Shown here one piece after another: positions 9,074 to 19,021 of a stretch of 64,000 nucleotides of DNA. The position numbers and the translations under genes are program-made. Within the stretch, counting starts at the first letter, position 1. Each line of letters starts with the position of its first letter. This DNA comes from an uncultured Pseudomonadota bacterium (lineage in GTDB: Bacteria; Oederibacteriota; Muellerivitia; Muellerivitales; Muellerivitaceae). The DNA is taken from positions 1-64,000 of the forward strand of contig CAVYRH010000020.1 in assembly GCA_963770835.1 (NCBI GenBank). Direction: 5' to 3'. Under the pieces are notes generated by a model. That model saw only the letters and a program-made list of their open reading frames with translations. It had not been told where the DNA came from and made no database searches.

Positions 9074-9742
9074 ATGCGTTGCAAAGGCGCTGACATTCCA
9101 CTGAAGGCCGTATTGTTCGACTTGGATGGGACTTTGATTGATTCGAAGAAAGATATCGCCGCGGCGGCCAACGCCGCGCGGGTTCATTTCGGCATGCCGG
9201 CCCTTCCCGTGGAGGTGGCGACCGGCTACATCGGCTGGGGTATCGAACACTTGAACCAAAAGGCGTTAGAAACGGAAGACCCGGCCAAACTCGCTGAGGG
9301 ATTGGAAGTCTTGAAGGATTATTATCGGGAACATTGCGTGGACCAGACAGTGATATTCCCCGGGGCTGTGGAACTCTTAAACTTCCTGAAAGGCCGGGGT
9401 ATCCAAATGGGCCTGGTCTCCAACAAACCCCACGAATTCACCTTGATCACGCTGGAAAAGTTGGGCCTTTCCCCATATTTCAAAGCCGTCCTCGGGGCGG
9501 ACGCGGTGCCCAACAAAAAACCCCATCCGGAGCCGCTTTTGGCGGCTCTATCCCAAATTGGAGTCAAGCCCTCCGAGGCCGTCATGATCGGCGACTCCCC
9601 TGTGGACGTCCAAGCCGCCCGCGCCGCCGGCATGCTGGTAGGCCTGGTATCCCACGGTTTCGTCGCGAAAGAGTACATGAACGCCGCCGACCCCGACTGG
9701 CTGGTGGATTCTCTCGCCGAATTTCGGGATATCTTGATTTAA
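9074..9742 (+). CDS. gph: HAD-IA hydrolase, phosphoglycolate phosphatase-like
   Basis: FDLDGTLIDS, SNKP, KKPHP, MIGDSPVD. Confidence 0.85.
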   Translation: MRCKGADIPLKAVLFDLDGTLIDSKKDIAAAANAARVHFGMPALPVEVATGYIGWGIEHLNQKALETEDPAKLAEGLEVLKDYYREHCVDQTVIFPGAVELLNFLKGRGIQMGLVSNKPHEFTLITLEKLGLSPYFKAVLGADAVPNKKPHPEPLLAALSQIGVKPSEAVMIGDSPVDVQAARAAGMLVGLVSHGFVAKEYMNAADPDWLVDSLAEFRDILI

Positions 9743-10566
9743 GCGCGCAAACCTTCCCAAACTAGGATGGCCTTCTTGCGAGCCTGACCCCACCTGTAAT
9801 TCCCTATCACCCCCGTGTCCCGGATCACCCGATGACAGGGAATAAAGTAGGCGATATTATTCCGGCCCACCGCCGATCCAACAGCCCGGAAAGCCTTGGG
9901 CTCTCCAATTTTTTCCGCCACATCCTTATAGGCCGCTGTACAACCCAGCGGGATTCTCAAGAGCGCTTCCCAGACTTTCAATTGAAAGCGCGTACCTTTC
10001 AACAGCACCTTCAATCCCTTACCCTTGCGTTGGGCGCCGAAAATTTTTTCGACTACCTCTTGGACGGCAGAGGGATTAGGAATAAATTCCGCCTGGGGCC
10101 ATTGGCGTTTCAACTGGGCAAGAGCGGCTTTCCCGCCGCCTACTCCTAAGAACAGGAAACCGCAAAGGCCCCGGGCGGTTGTTGCGGCCATCGCCTCCCC
10201 GAAGGGCGTGGGGTGAATGCCATACTCAATTCGAAGCCCCTTCCCCAGGGCCTTGTACTCGCCCGGCGTCATGGCTTCCACGGACACGAAAAGGTCGTGC
10301 AGCCGGCTCGGACCGGACAGGCCCGAATCGTAAGCAGCGTCCAAAATGCTCCGGGATTCTTTCAATCGTTCCTTGGCGTATTCGGCGGTGAGGTATTGCA
10401 GGAAACGCTTGGGGCTCACGCCCGCCCATCTTTGGAAAAGTCTCTGGAAATGGAAAAGACTTAACCCGGCGGCCTTCGCCGCCTCCCCTAGCTTCGGTTG
10501 CTCTTTCCAGTGGGTTTCCAAATACCGGATGGCTTTTTCAATTCGGTCATAGTCATTTGTTTTCAT
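9739..10566 (-). CDS. AraC-HTH / methylated-DNA-[protein]-cysteine S-methyltransferase (Ada-like, no N-terminal Zn domain)
   Basis: GLSLFHFQRLF..AGVSPKRF, GTRFQLKVW, IPCHRVI active site. Confidence 0.92.
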   Translation of the reverse strand: MKTNDYDRIEKAIRYLETHWKEQPKLGEAAKAAGLSLFHFQRLFQRWAGVSPKRFLQYLTAEYAKERLKESRSILDAAYDSGLSGPSRLHDLFVSVEAMTPGEYKALGKGLRIEYGIHPTPFGEAMAATTARGLCGFLFLGVGGGKAALAQLKRQWPQAEFIPNPSAVQEVVEKIFGAQRKGKGLKVLLKGTRFQLKVWEALLRIPLGCTAAYKDVAEKIGEPKAFRAVGSAVGRNNIAYFIPCHRVIRDTGVIGNYRWGQARKKAILVWEGLRA

Positions 10567-10732
10567 GGTTTGAAATATAGAAGGCGGAGGGAAAAGAAGC
10601 CACCCGGTTCTTGCTAAAAGACAGCCATTAGGTTTTAGCTGTCAGCTGGTAGCAACAACTTAACGGGGCGCATCAGATTTTCGGGGGTCTGTTTTGGTCT
10701 TGAAGTCTTTCCTGGCACCTAACACCTGATAC

Positions 10733-11029
10733 CTAACGACTGCTTTTAGAGGCGAGGTAGGCCTTCACCGCCTGGACGGGGGTTTCCAAGGGCGGCTTGC
10801 CGATGACGGTGACCAGTTCGGTTTTATCGTCGGCGGTAGGAACGCCCCAACCAAAGGCGATCTTGGCCTCGGGGTGGCCGTCCAGTTGGAACACTTCGAC
10901 GGTCCCTTTCCAGGTGATTTGGCCGTCCTCGACCAACCGAATGGGCTGGGTGTTGAGGTACTTCACCTGGCAGAGAGCCCTTCGCTCGATGGCGTCTTTT
11001 AACTTTTCGCGCTGTTCCCGGCTGTTCAT
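10733..11029 (-). CDS. Hypothetical protein
   Basis: 98-aa ORF co-oriented with neighbours, globular-looking sequence. Confidence 0.7.
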   Translation of the reverse strand: MNSREQREKLKDAIERRALCQVKYLNTQPIRLVEDGQITWKGTVEVFQLDGHPEAKIAFGWGVPTADDKTELVTVIGKPPLETPVQAVKAYLASKSSR

Positions 11030-11046
11030 TACGCAGGTTCTCTTTC

Positions 11047-12555
11047 TTATTTCAATTTGAGGATAAAACTGAGCGGCGCCCCATCGCGTTCCACGCGGTG
11101 AATCACCTTACTCTCATCCCCGGGATCGGGTTTGAAGCCGGCCCTTGTCATGATGATAGCGTAATCGGCGGCGTCTTTCTTGGAAACGAAAGCCATATTA
11201 GAAGTAAAGTAGGCCTGGGATTGGAAAGGCTTCCCGTCGGCGTAAACCTTGTAAGTCCTACCGGGGTCCTTTATTTCGTTGGATTCCAGCCACTTCACGG
11301 CTTCCTTCATGCTGGCCACCCAATAATCCGTCTCAAATTTACCATAGGCCCCCCTGAACCCGCCCACCAGCTCATTGAAATAAGCGTATTCATAGGGGTG
11401 CAGCCGGACCATGTCCGTCACGGTCACGAGGGCTCCGACCAGCGTCAGGCCGGCCACTACCTTGCGGCCCCATCCCCACGATTTCACCCGTAAAAACTCG
11501 ATGAAGGCCATCGAAGCCATGACCGCCATCAAAGGCAGCAGGAACAGGAAATGCCGCAGGCCGTCGTAAATCGCCGGATGGAGCAGGAAGTAAAGCCCCA
11601 GGTTCAGGACGAAAACGGCGGTCATCAAGGCAAAAAGATGGTTGGACTTGGCGGTTTTAAGAAGAAAAAACGAACCAAGGAAATAGGCCAGGAGGAATAA
11701 GGGGGTGGTGATTCCGATCCAAAGCGGCAGGTAATACCAGGGATAGGTGAGGGAATCCGCGGTTCCGCCCATAAATAAAAAATTGAACTTCGGCGGGAAA
11801 TGGGCGCTCAACCAGAAAACCCAGGCCAAGTTCCTGAAATAATCCCTTGCGATAAAAGGCCACAAGAGCACGCAAAGGATTTGGGAAACCACAAGGGTCC
11901 CCAACCATGGCGCAACCCTTCCCTTGATCCATTTCACAAAGGCTTTGGCTTTTTTCCTCCCCTTAACGGCCCAAAACAAGTAAGCGTCATAAAGAATCAT
12001 AATGGGGAACAGAGTGAACCCCACAATCCTTGAACAAATCGTCACGCCCGCCAGAAGCCCCAGGAAGAACCATCGGAACCTCAATTGGGGAAACTTGCGC
12101 TCGTAAAGGTAAAGGACCGCCAGGCTCAGGAAATAGAAAATCGCGAAGGGGACGTCCTTGGGATTGGCCGGGATGCTTCCAAGGAAAGGAAGGAAGAGGA
12201 ACAAAAACACGGGGCCGGATAGGGCCCAAGGGCCGCTGCCATATCCGGCCAGGAGCATTTCATAGACGGCCCAAAATAAAAAACCGGCGAAAAGCAGGTT
12301 CAACAGGTGCAGGATTTCGAAGTTCGAGGAGTCCGTGAAAAAGCAAAGGAGGCAAGTGTAAGGATAGCTGTGTTCCGGGTCCAGGTAGTGCACGGGAACG
12401 CCGTGAATAAGGTACTGGTAAAGCGCCTCCCCGCCCTGGTAGGTGTCCTGTTCGTCCCAGGTACAGCCGTAATTCCGGAAAGTGGTGAATGAAAAAACCA
12501 GGTAGAACAACAGAAAGGCAAAAAGGGGAATGCGGTTTTTAATTTTCATTTTCAC
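11047..12555 (-). CDS. Multi-pass GT-C glycosyltransferase (PMT/ArnT-like)
   Basis: N-terminal TM then YGCTWDE, NPKDVPFA, PWYYLP, YDGLRHFLF, YAYFN..GG, DYW. Confidence 0.8.
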   Translation of the reverse strand: MKMKIKNRIPLFAFLLFYLVFSFTTFRNYGCTWDEQDTYQGGEALYQYLIHGVPVHYLDPEHSYPYTCLLCFFTDSSNFEILHLLNLLFAGFLFWAVYEMLLAGYGSGPWALSGPVFLFLFLPFLGSIPANPKDVPFAIFYFLSLAVLYLYERKFPQLRFRWFFLGLLAGVTICSRIVGFTLFPIMILYDAYLFWAVKGRKKAKAFVKWIKGRVAPWLGTLVVSQILCVLLWPFIARDYFRNLAWVFWLSAHFPPKFNFLFMGGTADSLTYPWYYLPLWIGITTPLFLLAYFLGSFFLLKTAKSNHLFALMTAVFVLNLGLYFLLHPAIYDGLRHFLFLLPLMAVMASMAFIEFLRVKSWGWGRKVVAGLTLVGALVTVTDMVRLHPYEYAYFNELVGGFRGAYGKFETDYWVASMKEAVKWLESNEIKDPGRTYKVYADGKPFQSQAYFTSNMAFVSKKDAADYAIIMTRAGFKPDPGDESKVIHRVERDGAPLSFILKLK

Positions 12556-12640
12556 CTTGGGTGACGGGGATCGAAACGCATTCTAACAAGCCCCCCGGTT
12601 TTCCTCAGCTTGTAAAAGAATGACCAAGCGCCGAAAAATC

Positions 12641-13591
12641 TTAAAAAGACGCGGTCTTATGGCCCGAAGGCGGAATGGGCGGCGGGGCGGTGGAGGCACG
12701 CATGATCAGTTCGGGTTCGATGAGGACCTGTTGGGAATGCTGCTTGGGGTCTTGGACGATCGATTCCAGGAGTTCCATGGCGATTCGCCCCATCTCATAG
12801 AAGGGCTGGTGAACGGTGGTCAGGGGTGGGACTTGGTAGGCGTCCTGGTCGTAATTGTCGAAACCCACGATGGAAAGTTCCTGGGGCACCTTCACTCCTT
12901 TTTTCCGGGCGGAATGCAGGGCCCCGAAGGCGATCATATCCGTGGCGCAAAAAAGGGCCGTGGGCCTCTCGCTCACGGGAAGGGACAGGAAGGCCTCGGC
13001 GCTTTCCCGGCCGTAGTCCAAGGAAAACATTCCGTTCCTCACCAGTCTTACGTCCTCCGCCAACCCCGCGCCCCGGAGGGCTTTCTGGTAGGCCCCATAG
13101 CGGTCCCGGGCGTTGCTGGAAAGTGCCAGTTCCCCGCCGATATAACCGATGCGCCGGTGGCCCAACGACAACAGGTGGTCCATGGCCATCTGCCCCGCCT
13201 CGCGGTTGTTGAGGTCCACCCAGGAAAAATCCTTCCCCTCGGTCTGGTGGTACAGCAAGACCAGGGGAATCTTTAACCCCGTCAGCAGGCGCAGGTCTTC
13301 TTTTTTCATCCGGGGCGCCATCACCACCGCGCCCGCCAGCTGGGGCTGGTTCAAGAAACGGAAACTTTCGGTCCCGGCGGTCAGGACCTCCTGGTAATTT
13401 TTCAGGAGCAAAGGGTAGTCGGTGCGGGTGAGGCCGTCGATGACACCGGTCAGGTTTTTTTGGTAGTAGGTCTCGGAAAAATCGGGGGAACATTGCCAGA
13501 AGGAAACGAACCTCAAGGCCGTACCCGACTTGGCCTTGGGTTTCCGGCGTCGGGTTGAAATCTTCGGGGGGCGCTTGACGGTTTTCTTCAT
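12641..13591 (-). CDS. LacI-family effector-binding domain protein lacking the N-terminal HTH
   Basis: HLLSLGHRRIGYIGG, PTALFCATDMIAFG, VPQELSIVGFDN, PPLTTVHQP, ELIMRAST; N-terminus is a K/R-rich peptide. Confidence 0.88.
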   Translation of the reverse strand: MKKTVKRPPKISTRRRKPKAKSGTALRFVSFWQCSPDFSETYYQKNLTGVIDGLTRTDYPLLLKNYQEVLTAGTESFRFLNQPQLAGAVVMAPRMKKEDLRLLTGLKIPLVLLYHQTEGKDFSWVDLNNREAGQMAMDHLLSLGHRRIGYIGGELALSSNARDRYGAYQKALRGAGLAEDVRLVRNGMFSLDYGRESAEAFLSLPVSERPTALFCATDMIAFGALHSARKKGVKVPQELSIVGFDNYDQDAYQVPPLTTVHQPFYEMGRIAMELLESIVQDPKQHSQQVLIEPELIMRASTAPPPIPPSGHKTASF

Positions 13592-13719
13592 CCAAACTCC
13601 TTCCCAGCCTTTTCCGTGATGAAGCTTACCTATATTACATCCAAAAACCTGGGCGGAGGACCGCTTGAGGGCGGGATTATTTCATCCAACCTCCCCAAGA
13701 AAGGATTAAAATCATCCCT

Positions 13720-15000
13720 ATGAAAAGGCTTTTCTTTCTCCTGATTTGCACCCTGGCGGCGGGAACGCTCTCTTGCTCCAAACCCCAAGCCCCGCCACCG
13801 GTCTCAACCCCGGTTCCCACCGCCACGCCCCTGCCCGCTGTCGTTTCCATTGATCTCGGCCCGGCCGCCACTCCCGATGAAGCCGCCACCCCGGAACCCT
13901 TGGAGTACGTCTTGGAGGATTTGAAGGGCACCGTCCTCATCCGCGAAAACGGGGAAACCCAGGCCGAACCGGCCGAGGAGGAGGAAACGGTGGAGGCGGG
14001 GGATGAAATCATCACCCAAGCCGCCTCCGAGGCTTCCCTGACCCTGGATGAAAATACGATGTTCCACCTCCCGGAAAACAGCGACGTCCAGGTGGACCAA
14101 TTGAAGCCCAATACTTCCAACGGGTTTTTGTGCCGGCTCATGCTCTTGGGCGGAAAAGTGCTTTCGGAAGTCGAGAAATTGGGTGAAAACCACTCCACTT
14201 TCGAGGTGGAAGCGGGCGGCGTGGTTTGCGGCGTCCGCGGGACCGCCTTTGAGGTTCAAAAGGAAGGGCAGACCATCCATACCTTCACCTATCACGGCGA
14301 AGTAGAGATGCGCAAAGGGAACCTGGTCCAGCCGGTAGTGGCCGGGCACCATTCGGCCTTCCTTTTTCAAAAGGGGGCTTTCCAGCCGCCCAGGCCGCTC
14401 AGGCCGGCGGAGCGCCAAACTTATCAAGGCTGGCTGAAGAAGAAAGCCGTGGTCCAACGAAAGCAGGCCCAAAGGCTGGCGGCAATCCGTTCCCTTTCCA
14501 ACTTGCCGCCGGAACAAAGAAAACGGGTAATGGAAAACTTAAAGGGCGCCAAACCCCGGGATCGGATGCGCATGATGCACCAGATGTTGAAGTCCCCGTC
14601 TCAAACCCATCCCGGTCCGGGCCCCGCGCGGCTGAGGCAAGGACAACCCCTTAAAGGTAATCGCCCCAACCGGCGCGGGGGTAATGGGTTCCAAAATAAA
14701 GGGGCCGGTATCAAAGGCGGGATTCCCCATACTCCTGCCCTCAAGCCGAAGGGGAAAAACCAAAATCCGAAGCTTCAAAAACCCGGAACCCCGCACCAAA
14801 ACCTTCAAAATGGGAATAAGAACCTAGCGCGGCCCCAGGGGCAAAAACCCCGGCCCGCCCTTCGTCCCAACCGCCCTCTCCAAAAAAAGCCGCAAAACCA
14901 ACTGAAAGCCCAACCCCGGAAACCCGGCCAGCTCAAACCCAACGGGCAGAAAAAAGGTGACCAAAAGAAGGGCAAGAAGAAAAAAGACCAAGGGAAATAA
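13720..15000 (+). CDS. FecR-domain putative lipoprotein with basic low-complexity C-terminal tail
   Basis: Lipobox-like TLSC; GDEIIT, FEVEAGGVVCGVRGTAFEV FecR motif; K/Q/P/N-rich tail. Confidence 0.8.
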   Translation: MKRLFFLLICTLAAGTLSCSKPQAPPPVSTPVPTATPLPAVVSIDLGPAATPDEAATPEPLEYVLEDLKGTVLIRENGETQAEPAEEEETVEAGDEIITQAASEASLTLDENTMFHLPENSDVQVDQLKPNTSNGFLCRLMLLGGKVLSEVEKLGENHSTFEVEAGGVVCGVRGTAFEVQKEGQTIHTFTYHGEVEMRKGNLVQPVVAGHHSAFLFQKGAFQPPRPLRPAERQTYQGWLKKKAVVQRKQAQRLAAIRSLSNLPPEQRKRVMENLKGAKPRDRMRMMHQMLKSPSQTHPGPGPARLRQGQPLKGNRPNRRGGNGFQNKGAGIKGGIPHTPALKPKGKNQNPKLQKPGTPHQNLQNGNKNLARPQGQKPRPALRPNRPLQKKPQNQLKAQPRKPGQLKPNGQKKGDQKKGKKKKDQGK

Positions 15001-15036
15001 AACGAGGGCCTTTTAAACTCAGCCTTGGACTTTCTA

Positions 15037-15615
15037 TTAGAGGGGAAAAGTAATCCCGCCCGTCAAGGGCGAGTCGATGGCCGTGGGATAATCCCTCACC
15101 AAAATGTGCATCTTATAATCCAGGAACAAGTGCACCCGCCTTACCAGTTCCACGCGGAAACCCCCGCCCCAGACGAAATCCAGGCTCAAGAGGTTGGGCG
15201 TGTCGGCATTGACGCCCAAGAGGCCCGCGAAACCGAAACCCAGCAATCCATAAGGCTGGATGAAGGGCGTGTCGGGCATCATTTTCACCGTGGCGAAAAG
15301 GCGCATGTCGAGAAGCCCGCCCGAGCCCGCGTTATAGGCCATCCCGTCGAATTCCCCCTCCCCCACGAAGTTCGGGGCAATCGGGTGGCCGCTGACCAGG
15401 GCCAGGACCCCGTGGTGGCTTGTCCCGACGTTTTGGATGGGTAGGTCAAGCCCGAACCCAATGCCGGCGTAATTCTCACCGGGATTTGCGGCCCCCATGG
15501 TCGACGGCGTACTGACAGTGGGAACCGGCGTGACGGTAGTGGTGGCAGGGTCGCCCAAGGCGGCCGCGGCAATCCCCCAAAGCACGATGAATAACAATCC
15601 CTTGGTTTTGTTCAT
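15037..15615 (-). CDS. Small outer-membrane beta-barrel protein
   Basis: Signal peptide, T/P linker, alternating strands QPYGLLGFG, WGGGFRVEL, LFLDYKM, C-terminal GGITFPL. Confidence 0.7.
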   Translation of the reverse strand: MNKTKGLLFIVLWGIAAAALGDPATTTVTPVPTVSTPSTMGAANPGENYAGIGFGLDLPIQNVGTSHHGVLALVSGHPIAPNFVGEGEFDGMAYNAGSGGLLDMRLFATVKMMPDTPFIQPYGLLGFGFAGLLGVNADTPNLLSLDFVWGGGFRVELVRRVHLFLDYKMHILVRDYPTAIDSPLTGGITFPL

Positions 15616-16106
15616 GGTTTCCCCCGTTTTCTTGGAATGAGGATTGCGGCCCAGGAAGGCTCCGATTCGTCCTTTTGGTTTTTCGCCTTGCGGATGGCGT
15701 AGGCCTGCCGGATCTTTTGGGCCCTGACCGGGTTTTTCATCAGGATATTGTCGAATTCGGATTTTCTCAGGACCATCAGTTCAGAAACTTCTTCCGAGGT
15801 GATGGTGGCGTTGCGGGGCTGTAGGGTCAGCAGCGCCATTTCCCCGAAGAATTCGCTTTTCTTAAGTTCCTCGACTTTCTTGACCTTGCCCCCCCTTTTG
15901 ATCTTCACCGAAACCCGGCCGGAGATGATCAGGTAAAAGGAATCCCAGGAGTCGCCTTGCCGGATGATCTGAAAACCCTTCTGGGTGCGGATCATCCTCA
16001 GGTGGGTGATGAGGACGTCCATCTCTTGGGCCGTGAGCCCATGGAACAGGTCGCTTTCCTGGAGGAAGAAGAGGAGGCGGGGAAAGGTGGAGTCGATTTC
16101 GGACAT
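15612..16106 (-). CDS. Stand-alone cyclic nucleotide-binding domain protein
   Basis: IIRQGD, FYLIISGRV, FFGEMALL..PRNATI phosphate-binding cassette. Confidence 0.9.
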   Translation of the reverse strand: MSEIDSTFPRLLFFLQESDLFHGLTAQEMDVLITHLRMIRTQKGFQIIRQGDSWDSFYLIISGRVSVKIKRGGKVKKVEELKKSEFFGEMALLTLQPRNATITSEEVSELMVLRKSEFDNILMKNPVRAQKIRQAYAIRKAKNQKDESEPSWAAILIPRKRGKP

Positions 16107-16338
16107 GGGTTCTCCAACAAGGGGATTTCAGCCGGCCAGCTCTATAAAAACGGGATGGGGTTAAAGACAACGCAAGGATAAAGCCCATTCTAGGCCATTT
16201 TCAAGAATTTCCGGAACAAAGTCCTTGAACCATCCCGCCTTTCTTTCAGTCCCTTCCCTTGATCCGGGAACTTTTCCCGGGGGGCCGTGTCGAATAGGGT
16301 AGAAGAAGCACCCCGATTTTCAAACAAGGAGAAAACCG

Positions 16339-17220
16339 ATGCGAATCAATAAAAAGTTGTTGGTCGCGCTGTTGGCCCTGGCGGCCTCGTCCACCCAGGC
16401 CGCCGAGAAGAACTTTAACGTCAAATACCGCTTCGCCATCATGGAAGACGGCGGATTGATCCACGAAATCCGGCGCCAGAACTACGGGTTCCGGGTGGAA
16501 ATCGTGAACGATGCGGAAGGTGTCAAATCCGAGGGGTCCAAAAACGGCTATCCCTTCGTCACCGCCTCCAAGGGGGAGCGCTACTCGGTCAGGCTCACCA
16601 ATCCCCTGCCGGTGCGGGTGGCCGTGAACCTGACGGTCGACGGGCTTAATTCCATCACCGGCAAGCCCAGCGGTATCGCGGACGGCGAAAAGTGGATGAT
16701 CGATCCCTATAGTTCCATCACCATTCCCGGCTGGCAGGTCAATGGGGGGGAAGCCCGTCGTTTCTTTTTCACGGATAAACCCAAATCCTACGCGAAGTGG
16801 CGGGGAGACCAGTTGGAGGAGGACTTGGCGGCCAACTGCGGGGTCATCGGCGCGGCCTTTTTCTGGAACCAGGGGGAACTCAACCAGTATTACGATGATC
16901 ACCCCATCTACCGTTATACCCAAAACCCCCTGCCTTATTCCTCCGCGCCCCGTGCCAAAGCCGAGAAGCGGATTATGGATTTAAGCTCCGATGGAGCGAG
17001 CGTGGACTATAACGCCCCGGCCGCGGAACCGGCCCCGGAACAAGCCGGCACGGGCATGGGTGAAAGCGAGTCCCACCCGACTTACCAAGTGGACTTCACC
17101 TACGACACCGGGATGTACAACCTCACCCAGGCCGTGGTCGTCTATTACGGCTTCGCCGGGACCCCGAGCCCCAACCCCTTCCCGTCGTTAAGTTACGCCC
17201 CGGAAATGCCCGAGCGCTGA
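16339..17220 (+). CDS. Hypothetical secreted protein
   Basis: AAGGAG RBS, signal peptide, conserved-looking GERYSVRLTN..VDGLN..IPGWQ..RRFFFT..GVIGAAFF. Confidence 0.8.
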   Translation: MRINKKLLVALLALAASSTQAAEKNFNVKYRFAIMEDGGLIHEIRRQNYGFRVEIVNDAEGVKSEGSKNGYPFVTASKGERYSVRLTNPLPVRVAVNLTVDGLNSITGKPSGIADGEKWMIDPYSSITIPGWQVNGGEARRFFFTDKPKSYAKWRGDQLEEDLAANCGVIGAAFFWNQGELNQYYDDHPIYRYTQNPLPYSSAPRAKAEKRIMDLSSDGASVDYNAPAAEPAPEQAGTGMGESESHPTYQVDFTYDTGMYNLTQAVVVYYGFAGTPSPNPFPSLSYAPEMPER

Positions 17221-17340
17221 GCCTGTAAGGGCGTTTATTGGGCCCGTCCTGTGACGATCCCACAAGGCGAGTCACATGGTTTGGTCCCATCCATTCCAAC
17301 GGAATGGATGCAAGCCAAGACCACAAGTTAATGCGGATAA

Positions 17341-17378
17341 AAAAAGAGCCTGGTCCCTGAAGGGGCCAGGCTCTTTTT
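17341..17378. terminator. Bidirectional rho-independent terminator
   Basis: AAAAAGAGCCTGGTCCC-TGAA-GGGGCCAGGCTCTTTTT between convergent genes. Confidence 0.85.
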
Positions 17379-17400
17379 GGTAGTGTCTCAGTTTGAATAA

Positions 17401-17540
17401 TTCCCCACTTTGAAAAAGGGGAGGTTGGTTTTGAGGGTACACAGGGGGAGTTCCCTGTGAGCGCCTCTGGGAAGGGGGGTATTAGTCTTTAACGACGAGG
17501 CTAACTCCCCCTTAATCCCCCTCTTTCAGAGGGGGAAAAA
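17401..17540. repeat. Inverted pair of REP-like CCCC..GGGG hairpins
   Basis: TTCCCCACTTTGAAAAAGGGG (17401) and CCCCCTCTTTCAGAGGGGGAA (17517) are approximate reverse complements. Confidence 0.5.
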
Positions 17541-17578
17541 GGATGCACATCATTAAACTGATACATCACCGTGGAAGT

Positions 17579-18202
17579 CTATTCCTTGGAAGGGCGCTTC
17601 TTTGCTTGGAGTTCTTCGGTAGCATCTTTGAGCTCATTCAATTCCTGGGCCAGTTGCTTGATCAGGGCCTTATCGGGGTTGGGTTTGCGCAGCTCGTTCT
17701 CCAGTTCGACCCGCTTGTTGTGGATGGGGTAGGATTTCCGGATGGTTTTGAAAAACTTCTCCAAGTCGGGGTGGGTCTGGCCGTACTGCAGGGTCACGTA
17801 GTTGAGGGCGATGGCGTAGGTTACGTCAATGTAGTCCGATTTGAGGTTGGGATGCTTCGCGACGTGGTGGTTGAAATGTTGGACACCCGCCAGGTAGACC
17901 TTTTGGGCCTTGAGGTTGTCCTTGCCCTGGTAATAGCGCCCCACGAGGTAATAAATTTGGGGGTCAAAGAGGTCCGTCTTGGTCAGTTCCTCGTGAAGGG
18001 CGAGGGCTTCAGCCAAATGGGCCTCGGGGATTCCCCCCTCCAGGTCATTCTGGCTCACGAGGCAGAATTTTACGAATTGGGCGCGCAAACCGTGGTCGCT
18101 TGAATTTCGGCGGAGGGCTTCCTGGAACTTCTTGTACTCGCTGGAATATTGGGCTGACTTTTTACCCTTGGGAGAAAGAAAGACACTGGTCAGGAAATCC
18201 AT
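17579..18202 (-). CDS. Hypothetical helical (TPR-like) protein
   Basis: RBS AAGGA, YYLVGRYY..KAQKVYLAG TPR-like helices. Confidence 0.75.
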   Translation of the reverse strand: MDFLTSVFLSPKGKKSAQYSSEYKKFQEALRRNSSDHGLRAQFVKFCLVSQNDLEGGIPEAHLAEALALHEELTKTDLFDPQIYYLVGRYYQGKDNLKAQKVYLAGVQHFNHHVAKHPNLKSDYIDVTYAIALNYVTLQYGQTHPDLEKFFKTIRKSYPIHNKRVELENELRKPNPDKALIKQLAQELNELKDATEELQAKKRPSKE

Positions 18203-18466
18203 ATGAAATTCCTTTTATATTTTCGGTTCACCTTCGATGTGTAATTCTACCCTTTCGCTTCCTAACTGAAAGTTAAATCGTCATGACAAAAAAAGAATGG
18301 ATTCATTTTGCGTTGAACCCAAAATTCTTGAATTTGGAATCTTTCACTACGTTTTCGTGGTTTTCTAGAAAACCAAAATTGGAAGTCCGGGGAAAAGCTG
18401 ATTTCCTTGACCGAGAAGAGGTTAAAAAGCCCCGATTGTTCTAATCCTGTAATCCGAACAGTTGGA

Positions 18467-19021
18467 TTATTTATCTTTTTTTGAATCTGTGCCCTTTTCC
18501 GAGGTCTTTAATTTCTCAGCCGCGTCCAGGAAAGCCTGTGTGAGTTTATCCAACTGGTCCTTCCCTTTGTCGCCGTAGCCTTTGAGCTTGTCGATCTGCT
18601 CCAAGAGAACCAACAGGTAGGTTTCCCCCATATATTCCCGCGCCTCGGGAAAATCGGGCTTGATCTTCAACGCCTTCCAGTAGTTCTCCATGGCCAGGTC
18701 CAGCATCACGTCGTCGCCCACGCCGACCCGCCTTTGGGAATGGGCCAGCATGTTCAGGATATCCGGGTTGTTGGGCTGCAGTTTATTGGCCTGGTCGAAG
18801 TAGGCCAGTGCCGTTTTATAGTCGCCGGCGTTTGTGTCCGAGACCCCCTGGCTGTAGAGGTCCTCCACCCGCTTATCGCCCTTGAAATCCGGGCCGCCCG
18901 GGGTCGGTGTCGCGACGGCCGGGCCGCCGCCCGTGTTGAAAACCCGCGTGCTGGCGTAAGACACCGTTCCCGAAACGACAAATACCGCCAGAATGAACAA
19001 AACTTTTAGGCTTTTCCGCAT
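18467..19021 (-). CDS. Secreted TPR protein
   Basis: Signal peptide; ALAYFDQANKLQPNNPDIL and YWKALKIKPDFPEAREYMG repeats. Confidence 0.85.
   Translation of the reverse strand: MRKSLKVLFILAVFVVSGTVSYASTRVFNTGGGPAVATPTPGGPDFKGDKRVEDLYSQGVSDTNAGDYKTALAYFDQANKLQPNNPDILNMLAHSQRRVGVGDDVMLDLAMENYWKALKIKPDFPEAREYMGETYLLVLLEQIDKLKGYGDKGKDQLDKLTQAFLDAAEKLKTSEKGTDSKKDK

Noticed and set aside
16180..16200. Possible sigma54 promoter TGGCCTAGAATGGGC upstream of the cNMP gene
   Set aside because: Spacing fits but the -12 element deviates from TTGC; too weak to call
17250..17276. TGTGA..TCACA as CRP site
   Set aside because: Half-sites are 17 nt apart rather than 6, and it lies in a 3' region
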